Positions 40,871-51,142 are shown, counted from the stretch's first letter. The stretch: DNA of 64,000 nucleotides from Candidatus Aenigmatarchaeota archaeon (GCA_963726265.1 CAVSBQ010000002.1:800001-864000); one strand, 5' to 3'. A program made the numbers and translations. The notes: a model not told the origin generated them from the letters alone.

Positions 40871-41013
40871 GGGCCTGTAGCTCAATCGGTAGAGCACCAG
40901 ACTTTTATCTGTCCGGTAAAAGTATGCTGAGGCTTTCGCTTTGCGGCAGCCAATGACAGAACATGGTGCAGAAAGACATCTGGGGGTCGCGGGTTCGATT
41001 CCCGCCGGGCTCA
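40871..41013 (+). tRNA. tRNA-Lys(UUU) with 70-nt intron at 37/38 (40908-40977)
   Basis: GGGCCTG/CGGGCTC acceptor, CCAGA/TCTGG stem, CT-TTT-A; canonical BHB CTTT/AAAG with TAT and ACA bulges. Confidence 0.94.
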
Positions 41014-41267
41014 TTTTCCTCTTTCGTTGCCAGCTACCGCCGCCAAAACCGCTAAAAAGCCGCGAAAACCGAAAATCGAAAGCCGCCAAACAAGCCACCG
41101 ATAAGTATTTAAAGGCTGAGAACATTTATTTAACTTATCAACTTACACTAAACTATAACTACCATAACCCATGAAATAGCGATTGCATACGCAGGCTGCG
41201 TATATTCATCTCTAAAACTCCGGCCGGCTGTTAAGCCCCGCGAGTTAAGGGTGGTTGCATTAACATT

Positions 41268-41483
41268 TTGGAACATATGCTAGTCCCCAAGTTCAGAGTT
41301 CTTTCTGAAGAGGAGAAAAAGACGATCCTCGAGAAGTTCAGGACAACCCAGGACAAGCTGCCGAAGATTCTGGAGGCGGACCCGATTGTGGCCACACTGG
41401 GCGCGAAAAGGGGCGATCTGCTCGAGATAACCAGGGATTCGGAAGTTGCCGGACAAAGCCTTTATTACAGGGTTGTCGTCTAG
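41268..41483 (+). CDS. rpoH: RNA polymerase subunit Rpo5 (H); start may be a few codons upstream
   Basis: HMLVPK, LPKILEADP, ITRDSEVAG..YYRVV. Confidence 0.95.
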   Translation: MEHMLVPKFRVLSEEEKKTILEKFRTTQDKLPKILEADPIVATLGAKRGDLLEITRDSEVAGQSLYYRVVV

Positions 41484-41496
41484 ACTGGATGGAAGC

Positions 41497-42975
41497 ATGA
41501 TTGTAGCTATCGTAGGCGGTTTCGGGAAGGAGAGAGAGTGGGTCAGGTACCAGATCGAATCCTTCAACAACTTCATAGACTTCGGCCTCCAGAAGATAAT
41601 AAACGAGGTCGGGACGATACGCGTGGCGCAGGACAAGGAGGACCTCAAGATAAAGTTCGGCGAGGTCACGCTGGGGAAGCCCGTCATGCACGAGGCCGAC
41701 GGCTCGAGCCGCGCGATTTACCCCAACGAGGCGAGGATACGCAACCTGAATTACATGGCTCCTATTTTTGTGAAAATAACCCCGATATTCAACGGCGTGC
41801 AGGAGAAGTCCGAGAACGTCCACGTGGGCGACCTGCCTGTCATGGTCAAGTCGAAGATATGCAACCTCACCGGCATAAACGAAGAAGAGCTCGTCGCGGC
41901 GGGCGAGGATCCGACCGACCCGGGGGGCTATTTCGTCGTCAACGGCACTGAACGGGTGCTGGTACTCATAGAGGAAATCTCGTCCAACAAACCGATTTTC
42001 GAGAAGACGGAGGGAGACGGGGTGACGGTGAGGATAAACTCCGAAAGGTCGGGCTTCAAACAGAGGCATCTCGTCGAGATGAAACCCGACGGCGAAATAA
42101 CCATATCCTTCGCGAACATCAAGAAGCTGCCGATTGTCGTCCTCATGAAGGCGCTCGGACTCGAGAATGACAAGGAGCTGTGCGACATGGTCTCGAAGGA
42201 CGAGAAGATACTCAACGAGTTCTACACGAACCTTTACGAGACCGACGTCATAACGACGGAAGAAGCGGTCGATTTCATAGGCAAGAAGCTCAAGGTCACC
42301 AAGGACTACATACAGGAGAGGGTGAACCAGATCCTTGACCGCTACCTGCTGCCCCATCTGGGCCAGGAAGTCGGCGACAGGCTCAGGAAGAGCAAATACC
42401 TGGCGAGAATCATAAGGAAGTGCATCTCAGTCAGGACGGGCATTTCACCCGAGGACGACATAGACCATTATTCGAACAAACGACTCCTGATGTCGGGCGA
42501 ACTGTTCGAGCAGCTGTTCCGCTCCATCCTTCTAGGCCGCTGGGGCCTGATAGCCAAGATGACTTATAATTACCAGAAGCTTGTAAAAAGGGGAAAATTC
42601 CCGTCCGTCCAGTCCATCATAGAAGCGAACACAGTGACGAAGCAGATCCTTTCGTCGCTCGCTACGGGGACATGGATAGGCGGGCGAACCGGCGTATCAC
42701 AGCGGCTTGACAGGAGCTCTTACATCAAGACGGTCTCGCACCTGCGCTCCGTGCTCTCGCCGCTCACACCGACGCAGGAGCACTTCAAGGCAAGGCAGAT
42801 ACACCCGACCGAATGGGGAAGGCTTTGCCCCGCCGAAACGCCGGAAGGAAGCTCAATCGGCCTGAGGAAGCATCTGGCCTTATTGACGGAGATAACGCCC
42901 GGCGTATCGAAAGAGGAAGAGGATGCGATACTTGGCCTTCTGCAGGCCGGCGAAAAACACGGAGGCAAAAAATGA
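41497..42975 (+). CDS. rpoB2: RNA polymerase subunit Rpo2N (B'')
   Basis: QIESFNNF, EARIRNLNY, DPGGYFVVNGTER, GRLCPAETPEG. Confidence 0.96.
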   Translation: MIVAIVGGFGKEREWVRYQIESFNNFIDFGLQKIINEVGTIRVAQDKEDLKIKFGEVTLGKPVMHEADGSSRAIYPNEARIRNLNYMAPIFVKITPIFNGVQEKSENVHVGDLPVMVKSKICNLTGINEEELVAAGEDPTDPGGYFVVNGTERVLVLIEEISSNKPIFEKTEGDGVTVRINSERSGFKQRHLVEMKPDGEITISFANIKKLPIVVLMKALGLENDKELCDMVSKDEKILNEFYTNLYETDVITTEEAVDFIGKKLKVTKDYIQERVNQILDRYLLPHLGQEVGDRLRKSKYLARIIRKCISVRTGISPEDDIDHYSNKRLLMSGELFEQLFRSILLGRWGLIAKMTYNYQKLVKRGKFPSVQSIIEANTVTKQILSSLATGTWIGGRTGVSQRLDRSSYIKTVSHLRSVLSPLTPTQEHFKARQIHPTEWGRLCPAETPEGSSIGLRKHLALLTEITPGVSKEEEDAILGLLQAGEKHGGKK

Positions 42976-44774
42976 AGGGCAAACTTGACGCTGACATATA
43001 TTACAACGGCGATTTCATAGGCACCACGGACAAGCCGGAGGAACTCGTGGCGGAAATAAGGAAGAAGAGGAGGCACGGCCTCATCTCCGACCAGCTCAAC
43101 ATCTCCTTCCACTCGGAGTTCAACGAGATAAGAATCAACACGGATTCCGGCCGCGCGAGAAGGCCGCTGGTCGTCGTCGAGGACGGCAAGGCGAAGCTGA
43201 CGATGGAGCACGTAGAAAAGCTCGACAAGGGCAAGATAACGTGGAGCTACCTCGTGAAGCACGGCATAATAGAATACGTCGATGCCGAAGAGGAAGAGAA
43301 CAGCTATATCGCGATAGACCCTACAAAGGTAACGAAGGAGCACACTCATGCTGAGATCAACCCCATCCTCATACTTGGCATTTCCGCGAGCCTCACGCCT
43401 TATCCGGAATACAACCGAGGCGACCGCGTCAACTACGGGGCGAAGATGGTCGGCCAGGCAATCGGAGCGCCGATAGACAACTTCCACGTCAGGACGGACA
43501 CGAAGTTCAACGTCCTGACCTATGCGCAGATGCCGCTGGTCGAGACGGCGACGGACAAAATCCTGCGTCAACATCCCTACGGCCAGAACATCGTCGTCGC
43601 GGTGATGTGCTGGGACGGCTTCAACATGAACGACGCCGTCGTCCTGAACAAAGCTTCCGTCGATAGGGGCATGTTCCGCTCATTCTATTTCCGCACGTAT
43701 GAAACCATCCGCAAGCGCTACTGGGGAGGCCAGGAAGACGTCATAAGCCTGCCCGAGCCTGGCATAAAGGGCTACAGGGGCGAGGATGCTTACAAGGAAA
43801 TCCCTGAAGACGGCATAATAAATCCCGAGACGCATGTCGAATCCGATTCGGTCCTCATAGGCAAGATATCGCCGCTGCGTTTCCTCACCGGAGGCGATTT
43901 CACGACGGACATCGAGAACAAGCGCGAGTCATCCGTAACGATACGCTACGGCGAACGCGGCATCGTCGACAGGGTGCTCATATCAGAAACCGGAAGCGGC
44001 GAGCAGCTGTTCAAGATAAGGACCAGGGACGAGAGGACGCCCGAGCTCGGCGACAAGTTCGCGACGAGGCATGGACAAAAGGGAGTGACCGCGCTGCTCG
44101 TGGCCCAGGAGGACATGCCCTTCACCAAGGAGGGCATAGTGCCCGACATCGTCTTCAATCCGCATGGTATCCCGTCGCGTATGACCGTGAGCCAACTGCT
44201 TGAACTCCTCGCGGGCAAATACGGCTCGATAGCGGGAACGAAAATCGACTCGTCCGCGTTCTCCGGCATGAAAGAGGAATTCATAAGGAAGGAGATGAAG
44301 AAGCTGGGCTTCCGCGACGACGGCAAGGAGACGCTTTACGACGGACGAACCGGCAAGAAGTTCCAGGTCATGATTTTCACAGGCATCGCATACTACATGA
44401 AGCTCGACCACATGGTCGCGGACAAGATACACGCGCGCTCGAAAGGGCCGGTCACACTGCTTACGAGACAGCCGACCGAGGGCCGTTCGAAGCGCGGCGG
44501 GCTTCGCCTCGGAGAGATGGAGCAGCAGTGCCTGGTCGGGCATGGCGCCGCGCTGACGCTGAAGGAGCGCTTCAACTCCGACGAGACGTCGCTGCCCATA
44601 TGCCAGTCATGCGGCCTCATAGCGATATACGACAAGACGAAGAACAAGACGTTCTGCCCCATATGCAAGGATTCGAAAATCCTCTGGGTTTCGACGTCAT
44701 ACGCGTTCAAGCTCACGATGGACGAGCTGAAATCGATAGGCGTCTACCCGAGGCTCAACGTGATTGAGATTTAG
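42972..44774 (+). CDS. rpoB1: RNA polymerase subunit Rpo2C (B')
   Basis: GDKFATRHGQKG, NPHGIPSRMT, GGLRLGEME. Confidence 0.97.
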   Translation: MKGKLDADIYYNGDFIGTTDKPEELVAEIRKKRRHGLISDQLNISFHSEFNEIRINTDSGRARRPLVVVEDGKAKLTMEHVEKLDKGKITWSYLVKHGIIEYVDAEEEENSYIAIDPTKVTKEHTHAEINPILILGISASLTPYPEYNRGDRVNYGAKMVGQAIGAPIDNFHVRTDTKFNVLTYAQMPLVETATDKILRQHPYGQNIVVAVMCWDGFNMNDAVVLNKASVDRGMFRSFYFRTYETIRKRYWGGQEDVISLPEPGIKGYRGEDAYKEIPEDGIINPETHVESDSVLIGKISPLRFLTGGDFTTDIENKRESSVTIRYGERGIVDRVLISETGSGEQLFKIRTRDERTPELGDKFATRHGQKGVTALLVAQEDMPFTKEGIVPDIVFNPHGIPSRMTVSQLLELLAGKYGSIAGTKIDSSAFSGMKEEFIRKEMKKLGFRDDGKETLYDGRTGKKFQVMIFTGIAYYMKLDHMVADKIHARSKGPVTLLTRQPTEGRSKRGGLRLGEMEQQCLVGHGAALTLKERFNSDETSLPICQSCGLIAIYDKTKNKTFCPICKDSKILWVSTSYAFKLTMDELKSIGVYPRLNVIEI

Positions 44775-44812
44775 AAGTGATGATAAGCAGATTAAATACT
44801 GAAAAATGATGA

Positions 44813-47329
44813 ATGGTGAATAATATGACTACCGAGCTGTCAAAGATAAGTTCAATCGACTTTGGCATACTTTCGCCGAGCATGGTCAAGTCTCTGGCTA
44901 CCGTAAGGATCGTAACTTCGGATCTTTACGACGCGGACGGCTACCCGGTTGACGGCGGCGCAATGGACCCGAGGATGGGCGTAGTCGACCCGGGGCTCCG
45001 CTGCAGGACGTGCGGCGGGACGATAGGCGACTGCCCTGGCCACTTCGGCTACGTCGAGCTCGCCAGGCCGGCCATACACGTCATGTATAGTAAGCAGATT
45101 TACCAGTTGCTGAAAGCGACGTGCTCTAAATGCGGGAGGCTTTTGAATAAAACTCCGCGCTCGCTGGACCAGGTTTCCAAGGCGCCTCTCAGGAAATGCC
45201 CGCACTGCGACAAGCAGGGAGGCAAGGTCAGCTTCGTCAAGCCCTACACGTATTATTACGGCAAGGAAGAGCTCAACCCCATGCAGATAAGGGAGTGGTT
45301 CGAGAGGGTAAAGGACGAGGACCTGCAGAAAATCGGCTTCCGAGGAGGACGGCCTGAATGGCTCATACTCACGCTTTTCCCCATCCCTCCGGTCACCATG
45401 AGACCGAGCATTACTCTAGAGACTGGAGAGCGCTCCGAAGACGACCTGACCCACAAGCTGGTCGACATAGTCAGGATAAACCAGTCGCTGAAAGAAAACA
45501 TAGACATCGGCGCGCCCGAGTTCATCCTCAACGACCTTTGGGAGCTTTTGCAGTATCACGTTTCCACGTATTTCGACAACGAGCTGACCGGCGTTCCGCA
45601 GGCGAGGCATCGTTCCGGCCGACCGTTAAAAGGGATAATACAGAGGCTCAAGGCGAAGGAAGGCCGCATACGAGGAAACCTGCTCGGCAAGAGGGTGAAC
45701 TATTCCTCGCGCACGGTCATTTCGCCCGACCCGACGCTCTCGATAAACGAGGTCGGCATACCAGCAGAAGAAGTCGCGAAGGAGCTCACGATTCCCGAGA
45801 CCATCACGCAGCTCAACATCAAGGACATAAAGGAGCTGATAAAGGACGGCAGGGTCAACTACATAACCAGGCCGGACGGCAGGAAGATAAAGGTCACGGA
45901 CGAGAACAGGAAGGACATAACGGGCAACATAGCCGCCGGATGGGGCGTGGACAGGCAGCTGAAGGACGGCGATGTAGTCCTGTTCAACCGCCAGCCCTCG
46001 CTGCACAGGGTCTCCATCATGGTCCATCGCGTAAAGGTAATGCCTTACAGGACGTTCCGCATGAACCCGAGCGTATGCGCTCCTTACAATGCGGATTTCG
46101 ACGGCGACGAGATGAACGTCCACGCGTTACAATCTGAAGAAGCGCAGGTCGAGGCGTCCATGCTGATGGAGGTCAAGAACAACATAATCTCGCCGAGGTT
46201 CGGAGGCCCGCTTGTCGGGCTCGACCTCGACCACATTTCAGGCATGTATCTGCTGACGAAGAAGGAAACCGTGCTCAGCAGGAGGGAGACGTCCGAGCTT
46301 TTTTCAAGGGCGTCGATAGACATAGAGCTGCCGGACAAGGACAAGTTCACGGGCAAGGAAATCGTGAGCCTGCTGCTGCCCAAGGGCCTGAACATGGACT
46401 TCAAAGCGAATGCCTGCAAAGAATGCGACAGGTGCTCCAAGGAGGAGTGCAAGCACGACATGTGGGTTTCGATAAAGAACGGCGAGCTGAAGAGCGGCGT
46501 GATAGACACGAGGGCGGTAGGCGCCTTCAAGGGAAAAATGCTCAACAAGGTGAGGCGCCTCGTCACGGATGACGAGCTCAAGAATTTCATAGACAACTTC
46601 GGCCGGCTCGGCGCTTCGTATCTCATGATGAGAGGCTTCTCCATAGGCATATCCGACCTCGACGTCCCGCCGAGAATCGGGAAGGTGATAGAGGAGGAGA
46701 TAGAGAAGGCGACGAAGGACTCGGACAAGCTCGTCGACAAGTTCGGCGAGGGCAAGCTGAAGGTCCTGCCGGGCATGACGCCCGAGGAGTCGCTGGAGAC
46801 CCAGATACTTTCAACGCTCGCTGAGGGCCTGAACAGGGTCAGCGACATCATGATAAAGAACATCAGGCCGAGCGACATCATCTACATGGCGGAATCGGGA
46901 GCGAAGGGCTCGAACATCAACACGACCCAGATGTCCGCATGCGTCGGCTCCGAAACCATCCTAGGCAAGCGCATACAGAGGGGCTATCTCGGACGAACGA
47001 CGACGCATTTCAAGGTCGGCGATTTGTCGGCCGGGACGAGAGGCTTCGTTGCGAGGGGTTTCAAGCAGGGGCTGACGCCCTTCGAGTTCTTCTGGAACGT
47101 CATGAACGGACGAGAAGGACTGATGGACAAGTCGCTGCGAACCAGAAAATCCGGATACATGCAGCGCCGCCTCATGAACTCGCTGCAGGACCTCAAGGTA
47201 TGCAATGACATGAGCGTGCGCGACTCGAACGGCAACATCATACAGTTCGTCGTCGGCGAGGACGCGATTGACCCCACCAAATCGGACTGGGGCAAGCTCA
47301 ACTGGATAGACTACGTGGAACATGGCTAA
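44813..47329 (+). CDS. rpoA1: RNA polymerase subunit Rpo1N (A')
   Basis: CPGHFG, LFNRQPSLH, YNADFDGDEMN. Confidence 0.98.
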   Translation: MVNNMTTELSKISSIDFGILSPSMVKSLATVRIVTSDLYDADGYPVDGGAMDPRMGVVDPGLRCRTCGGTIGDCPGHFGYVELARPAIHVMYSKQIYQLLKATCSKCGRLLNKTPRSLDQVSKAPLRKCPHCDKQGGKVSFVKPYTYYYGKEELNPMQIREWFERVKDEDLQKIGFRGGRPEWLILTLFPIPPVTMRPSITLETGERSEDDLTHKLVDIVRINQSLKENIDIGAPEFILNDLWELLQYHVSTYFDNELTGVPQARHRSGRPLKGIIQRLKAKEGRIRGNLLGKRVNYSSRTVISPDPTLSINEVGIPAEEVAKELTIPETITQLNIKDIKELIKDGRVNYITRPDGRKIKVTDENRKDITGNIAAGWGVDRQLKDGDVVLFNRQPSLHRVSIMVHRVKVMPYRTFRMNPSVCAPYNADFDGDEMNVHALQSEEAQVEASMLMEVKNNIISPRFGGPLVGLDLDHISGMYLLTKKETVLSRRETSELFSRASIDIELPDKDKFTGKEIVSLLLPKGLNMDFKANACKECDRCSKEECKHDMWVSIKNGELKSGVIDTRAVGAFKGKMLNKVRRLVTDDELKNFIDNFGRLGASYLMMRGFSIGISDLDVPPRIGKVIEEEIEKATKDSDKLVDKFGEGKLKVLPGMTPEESLETQILSTLAEGLNRVSDIMIKNIRPSDIIYMAESGAKGSNINTTQMSACVGSETILGKRIQRGYLGRTTTHFKVGDLSAGTRGFVARGFKQGLTPFEFFWNVMNGREGLMDKSLRTRKSGYMQRRLMNSLQDLKVCNDMSVRDSNGNIIQFVVGEDAIDPTKSDWGKLNWIDYVEHG

Positions 47330-47334
47330 GGTGC

Positions 47335-49938
47335 ATGATTATGGAAAAAATGCCTATTAAGATCAGGGAAGAAGTGGACGAATACTGCAAGCGCAAGGGC
47401 TACAACGACGAGAAACGCAGGCAGATAATGGAAAAGGTCAGGCATTTCTACAAGAACGCGATGTACGATCCCGAAGAGGCAGTCGGAGTCGTCAGCGCGC
47501 AGTCGCTTTCAGAACCCGCGACGCAGATGTCGGTCTCGCCGCATGAAAAGATAGTTCTCAAAAAAGACGGAGTCACAGCGGTGGTACGCATGGGGGAATT
47601 CGTGGACGGGATGATAGAAAGGACGGGATACGCTGAAAACGGCTGGGACGTGTGCGACCTCTCTTCTTATGACATCCGCGTTCCGAGCATAACCAGCGAT
47701 GAAAAGATAGAATGGAAGCGCGTGCTGGAATGCAGCAGGCATGAGGCGCCTCGTCATCTTATAAGAATTGCCTTGTCGTCGGGCAGGGAGATAACGGCGA
47801 CTGATTCGCATTCGTTCGTCGTGAGAAAAGACAACAAAATCGTTCCGGTTAGCGGCGCGGATCTTAGGCGGGGCGAAAGGCTGCCAGTCATCAGGCACCT
47901 GAGGGACAACTGCACCCGCTGCCTCAGGCTGGAGACGCTCGTGGATACTGCCGGCGCCAGGAAAAGCATGCCGCCCCAGCTCATGCTGGATGAAGCCTTG
48001 GGCTGGATGATGGGGGCATACCTGGCAGAGGGGAACTCCACCAAATATTATACGTCACTTTCAAACGTCAGCCCGGAATTCCTTTCTCAGGTAAGGCAGT
48101 TCGCTGAAAAATACGGCTTTACCCACAACGAATACGACAATACACGCGGCTTCGCCATGGGCCATGACATAAGGATAAATTCCATGCTTCTGTCCAGATT
48201 GTTCGCAAAAACGTGCGGGACGGGCTCGGCGAACAAAAAAATACCCCACTTCGCTTACGGAGCGGCCGAGGAATTTGTTTCAGGCCTGCTGAGAGGCTAC
48301 TTCGACGGTGACGGAAGCGTTTCAGTTCAAAGGAAAATGATAAGGGCTTCGTCGAATTCGGAGGAGCTCATAGACGGCGTAGCGCTTCTCCTCTCGCGTT
48401 TCGGGATTTTCGCAACGAAGCAAAGAGGAAAGCAGTTTTCGCTTATCATAACATACAAATACGCAAAAACGTTCAGGAAAAAGATAGGCTTTTCCATAAA
48501 CTCCAAGCAGGAAAAGCTGAGGCAGCTGGATGATTCCGGCTTCAGGCCCAAACAGGATTTCACGGACATGGTTTCGGGTTACGGAAACCTGTTCATGGAC
48601 GTTGCGAAAAGAATCGGATACCCGACAAGATACGTGAACAACTTCACCAAGAGGGGCAGGATAGGCAGGGAGACGCTTTTGAAATACACGGGCATTTTTG
48701 AGCGCGAAGCGGCGAAAAAGGGGACGGACATCGAAAAGGAAATTTTCATGCTCAGACAGATGGCAAACGCCGATGTCGTATGGGACGAAATCGTAAAAAT
48801 AGAAAAGGTGAAGCCGCCTTCGCAGCACGTCTACGATCTGACAGTCGAGGGGACGGAAACCTTCGCCACTTTTGAAGGCGTTATCACCCACAACACCATG
48901 CGAACATACCACTTCGCAGGAACGGCGGGCATTCAGGTCACGCTGGGTCTTCCCAGGCTCGCCGAGATTTTCGACGCCAAGAAGGAGCCGGAGACGCCGA
49001 GCATGAGCATATACCTCCTGCCCGAGCAGAACAAGGAGGAGAAGGCCATAGAAATCGCGAAGAAGATAAAGGAAGTGAAGCTGCGCGACTTCGTCCTGAG
49101 CGACGTCATAGACCTGATAAACCTGACCATCTCATGCGCGCTCGACGTCGAGAAGCTGAAGAAGTTCGACCTCGACCCCAAGGAGCTGACCAAGCACGTC
49201 AAGCTGAAGAACATCGACGTCGAAGTCAAGGGAAAGGAGCTCATAGTTTCATCCAAGAAGGCGGAAAACATGAACCTGCACAAGCTCAAATACAAGCTGC
49301 TCGAATCGCACATAAAGGGCGTGAAGAACATATCGCACGTCATAGTCAGCAAGGAGGGAAGCGGCGAGTGGCTCATCTCGACGCTGGGCTCGAACCTGCG
49401 CAAGGTCCTGGCCATCGAAGGCGTCGACACGGCGAGGACGACGTGCAACAATCCCTTCGAGATATGCGACGTCTTCGGCATCGAGGCCGCGAGGAACTCG
49501 ATAATAAAGGAAGCGGTCGAGACCATAAGCGAGCAGGGCCTCGGGGTCGACATACGCTACGTTTGCATCCTGGCCGACCTGATGACCTCGAACGGCAGGA
49601 TAATGGGCATCGGAAGGTATGGCATCGCAGGCAACAAGGACTCCGTTCTGGCAAGGATGGCCTTCGAGGAGACGAAGAAGCACATCATCTCAGCGGCAAT
49701 CGAAGGCATGCGCGACCCGCTGAAAGGGCATGTCGAGAACATCATCATGAACCAGGTCATACCCATGGGAACCGGGGCGTTCACGCTCGTCGGCAGGATG
49801 CCGGAAATAAAGAAAGAGGAAACGCCGGCCGAGGAAGAAGAGAAGGCCGTGAAGAAGGAAAAGCCAAGGCAAGCGAAAAAGGAAGCCGCGAAAAAGACGA
49901 AGGAAAAGAAGAAAAGCGCTGCCAGGAAAAAGCAATAA
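47335..49938 (+). CDS. rpoA2: RNA polymerase subunit Rpo1C (A'') precursor containing an intein
   Basis: AQSLSEPATQM | intein | TMRTYHFAG, TLGLPRL, GIEAAR, ARMAFE. Confidence 0.96.
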   Translation: MIMEKMPIKIREEVDEYCKRKGYNDEKRRQIMEKVRHFYKNAMYDPEEAVGVVSAQSLSEPATQMSVSPHEKIVLKKDGVTAVVRMGEFVDGMIERTGYAENGWDVCDLSSYDIRVPSITSDEKIEWKRVLECSRHEAPRHLIRIALSSGREITATDSHSFVVRKDNKIVPVSGADLRRGERLPVIRHLRDNCTRCLRLETLVDTAGARKSMPPQLMLDEALGWMMGAYLAEGNSTKYYTSLSNVSPEFLSQVRQFAEKYGFTHNEYDNTRGFAMGHDIRINSMLLSRLFAKTCGTGSANKKIPHFAYGAAEEFVSGLLRGYFDGDGSVSVQRKMIRASSNSEELIDGVALLLSRFGIFATKQRGKQFSLIITYKYAKTFRKKIGFSINSKQEKLRQLDDSGFRPKQDFTDMVSGYGNLFMDVAKRIGYPTRYVNNFTKRGRIGRETLLKYTGIFEREAAKKGTDIEKEIFMLRQMANADVVWDEIVKIEKVKPPSQHVYDLTVEGTETFATFEGVITHNTMRTYHFAGTAGIQVTLGLPRLAEIFDAKKEPETPSMSIYLLPEQNKEEKAIEIAKKIKEVKLRDFVLSDVIDLINLTISCALDVEKLKKFDLDPKELTKHVKLKNIDVEVKGKELIVSSKKAENMNLHKLKYKLLESHIKGVKNISHVIVSKEGSGEWLISTLGSNLRKVLAIEGVDTARTTCNNPFEICDVFGIEAARNSIIKEAVETISEQGLGVDIRYVCILADLMTSNGRIMGIGRYGIAGNKDSVLARMAFEETKKHIISAAIEGMRDPLKGHVENIIMNQVIPMGTGAFTLVGRMPEIKKEETPAEEEEKAVKKEKPRQAKKEAAKKTKEKKKSAARKKQ
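47530..48894 (+). mobile_element. Intein (455 aa) with LAGLIDADG homing endonuclease
   Basis: Starts with Ser, block B TATDSHSF, MGAYLAEG and LRGYFDGDG, block F VYDLTV, ends THN before Thr+1. Confidence 0.95.
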
Positions 49939-49986
49939 GGCTTAAATATATTGGCTTCTAAACATATTCATATTTCAGGTGTCGAT

Positions 49987-50532
49987 ATGCTTAAGGAAGA
50001 ACTGGAAATCCCGCAGGGGCTTGAAGCGAGGTTCGCAAAAGACAGCCTTTTCATCAAAGGCAGCAAGGGCGAGCTCATCAAGGAGTTCAGGCACCCGCTG
50101 GTCAGCGTGAAGGTCGAAGGCGGCAAAATCATCATCGCCTCGGAGAACGAAAGGAAAAAGGTCAAGGCCATAATCGGCACCTGGGCCGTCATAACCAGGA
50201 ACATGTTCACCGGCGTCACGCAAGGATGGAAGGGCGAGATGAAGCTCGTCTATTCCCACTTCCCGATAAAGCTCAAGCTCGAGGGGAGCAAGCTTCTCAT
50301 AGAGAATTTCCTCGGCGAGAGGAGCGCGAGAAAGGCCACGCTCCCGCCAAACGTGAAAGTGGAGATAGACAAGAACGTCATTTATGTTTCCGGCTTGGAC
50401 AAGGAGCTCGTAGGCCAGGCCTGCTCGCGCATAGAGCAGGCGACGAGGATAAAGGGCTATGACAAACGCGTCTTCCAGGACGGCCTTTACATAACAAGCA
50501 AGCCGCTTCCGGAGGGAGAGCATGAAAAGTAA
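49987..50532 (+). CDS. rpl6: 50S ribosomal protein L6 (uL6)
   Basis: YSHFPI, NFLGER, DKRVFQDGLYI. Confidence 0.96.
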   Translation: MLKEELEIPQGLEARFAKDSLFIKGSKGELIKEFRHPLVSVKVEGGKIIIASENERKKVKAIIGTWAVITRNMFTGVTQGWKGEMKLVYSHFPIKLKLEGSKLLIENFLGERSARKATLPPNVKVEIDKNVIYVSGLDKELVGQACSRIEQATRIKGYDKRVFQDGLYITSKPLPEGEHEK

Positions 50533-50911
50533 GGAACAGCTTCTCGAATTGAGGAAGAAGATGAAGAAGAAGAGGCCGTCTTTTAAACGCCAGGAATGGT
50601 TCAGGAAGAAGGAAAGGCTCGGCGAGAAGTGGAGGAAGCCGAGGGGCATCCATTCCAAGCTCCGCGAGCACAGGATAGCAAGAGGAGCGCTGCCTCATGC
50701 GGGATACGGCTCTCCTGCCGCTGTGCGCGGGCTGGACAGGCAGGGTTACAGGGAAGTCATCGTCAGGAACGTGCATGACATACAGAAGATAAGCCACAAA
50801 GAGGAAATAGCGATAATAGCGAGCGGCGTGGGCAAGAGGAAACGCCTTGAAATCCTGGAATTCGCCATGAAAAACAATATAAGAGTCGGCAACAAAAGTA
50901 AATTTGTATGA
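50522..50911 (+). CDS. rpl32e: 50S ribosomal protein L32e
   Basis: PSFKRQ, KWRKPRGIHSK, GYGSP..VRGL. Confidence 0.96.
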   Translation: MKSKEQLLELRKKMKKKRPSFKRQEWFRKKERLGEKWRKPRGIHSKLREHRIARGALPHAGYGSPAAVRGLDRQGYREVIVRNVHDIQKISHKEEIAIIASGVGKRKRLEILEFAMKNNIRVGNKSKFV

Positions 50912-50986
50912 CCGGTTTTTTGCGTTACGCGGTCGGCCGGCAAACCGGGATTTGAGGGTTTTGGGCATATAGAGGTTTGGGATAGC

Positions 50987-51142
50987 ATGATATTCGAATA
51001 CAACTGCCCCAGTTGCGGGGCGCACGGAAAGCTGTGGAACAGGAAGCCGGAGGCCTTCATCTGCCCGAAGTGCTCGACCGTTTTCTCGAAATTCGGCATA
51101 GTCTTCGAGCCGCCTGAAGAAGACGGCGAAGTCTGGACCTGA
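50987..51142 (+). CDS. Small zinc-finger protein (51 aa, absent from the ORF track)
   Basis: MIFEYNCPSCG...FICPKCSTVFSKFG...; GAGGT upstream. Confidence 0.7.
   Translation: MIFEYNCPSCGAHGKLWNRKPEAFICPKCSTVFSKFGIVFEPPEEDGEVWT

Noticed and set aside
39644..41013. Integrated element at a tRNA
   Set aside because: No integrase and no duplicated tRNA 3' end noticed
41249..41270. Possible ATT start for rpoH after GGGTGG
   Set aside because: Cannot be distinguished from a TTG start or another indel error in this assembly
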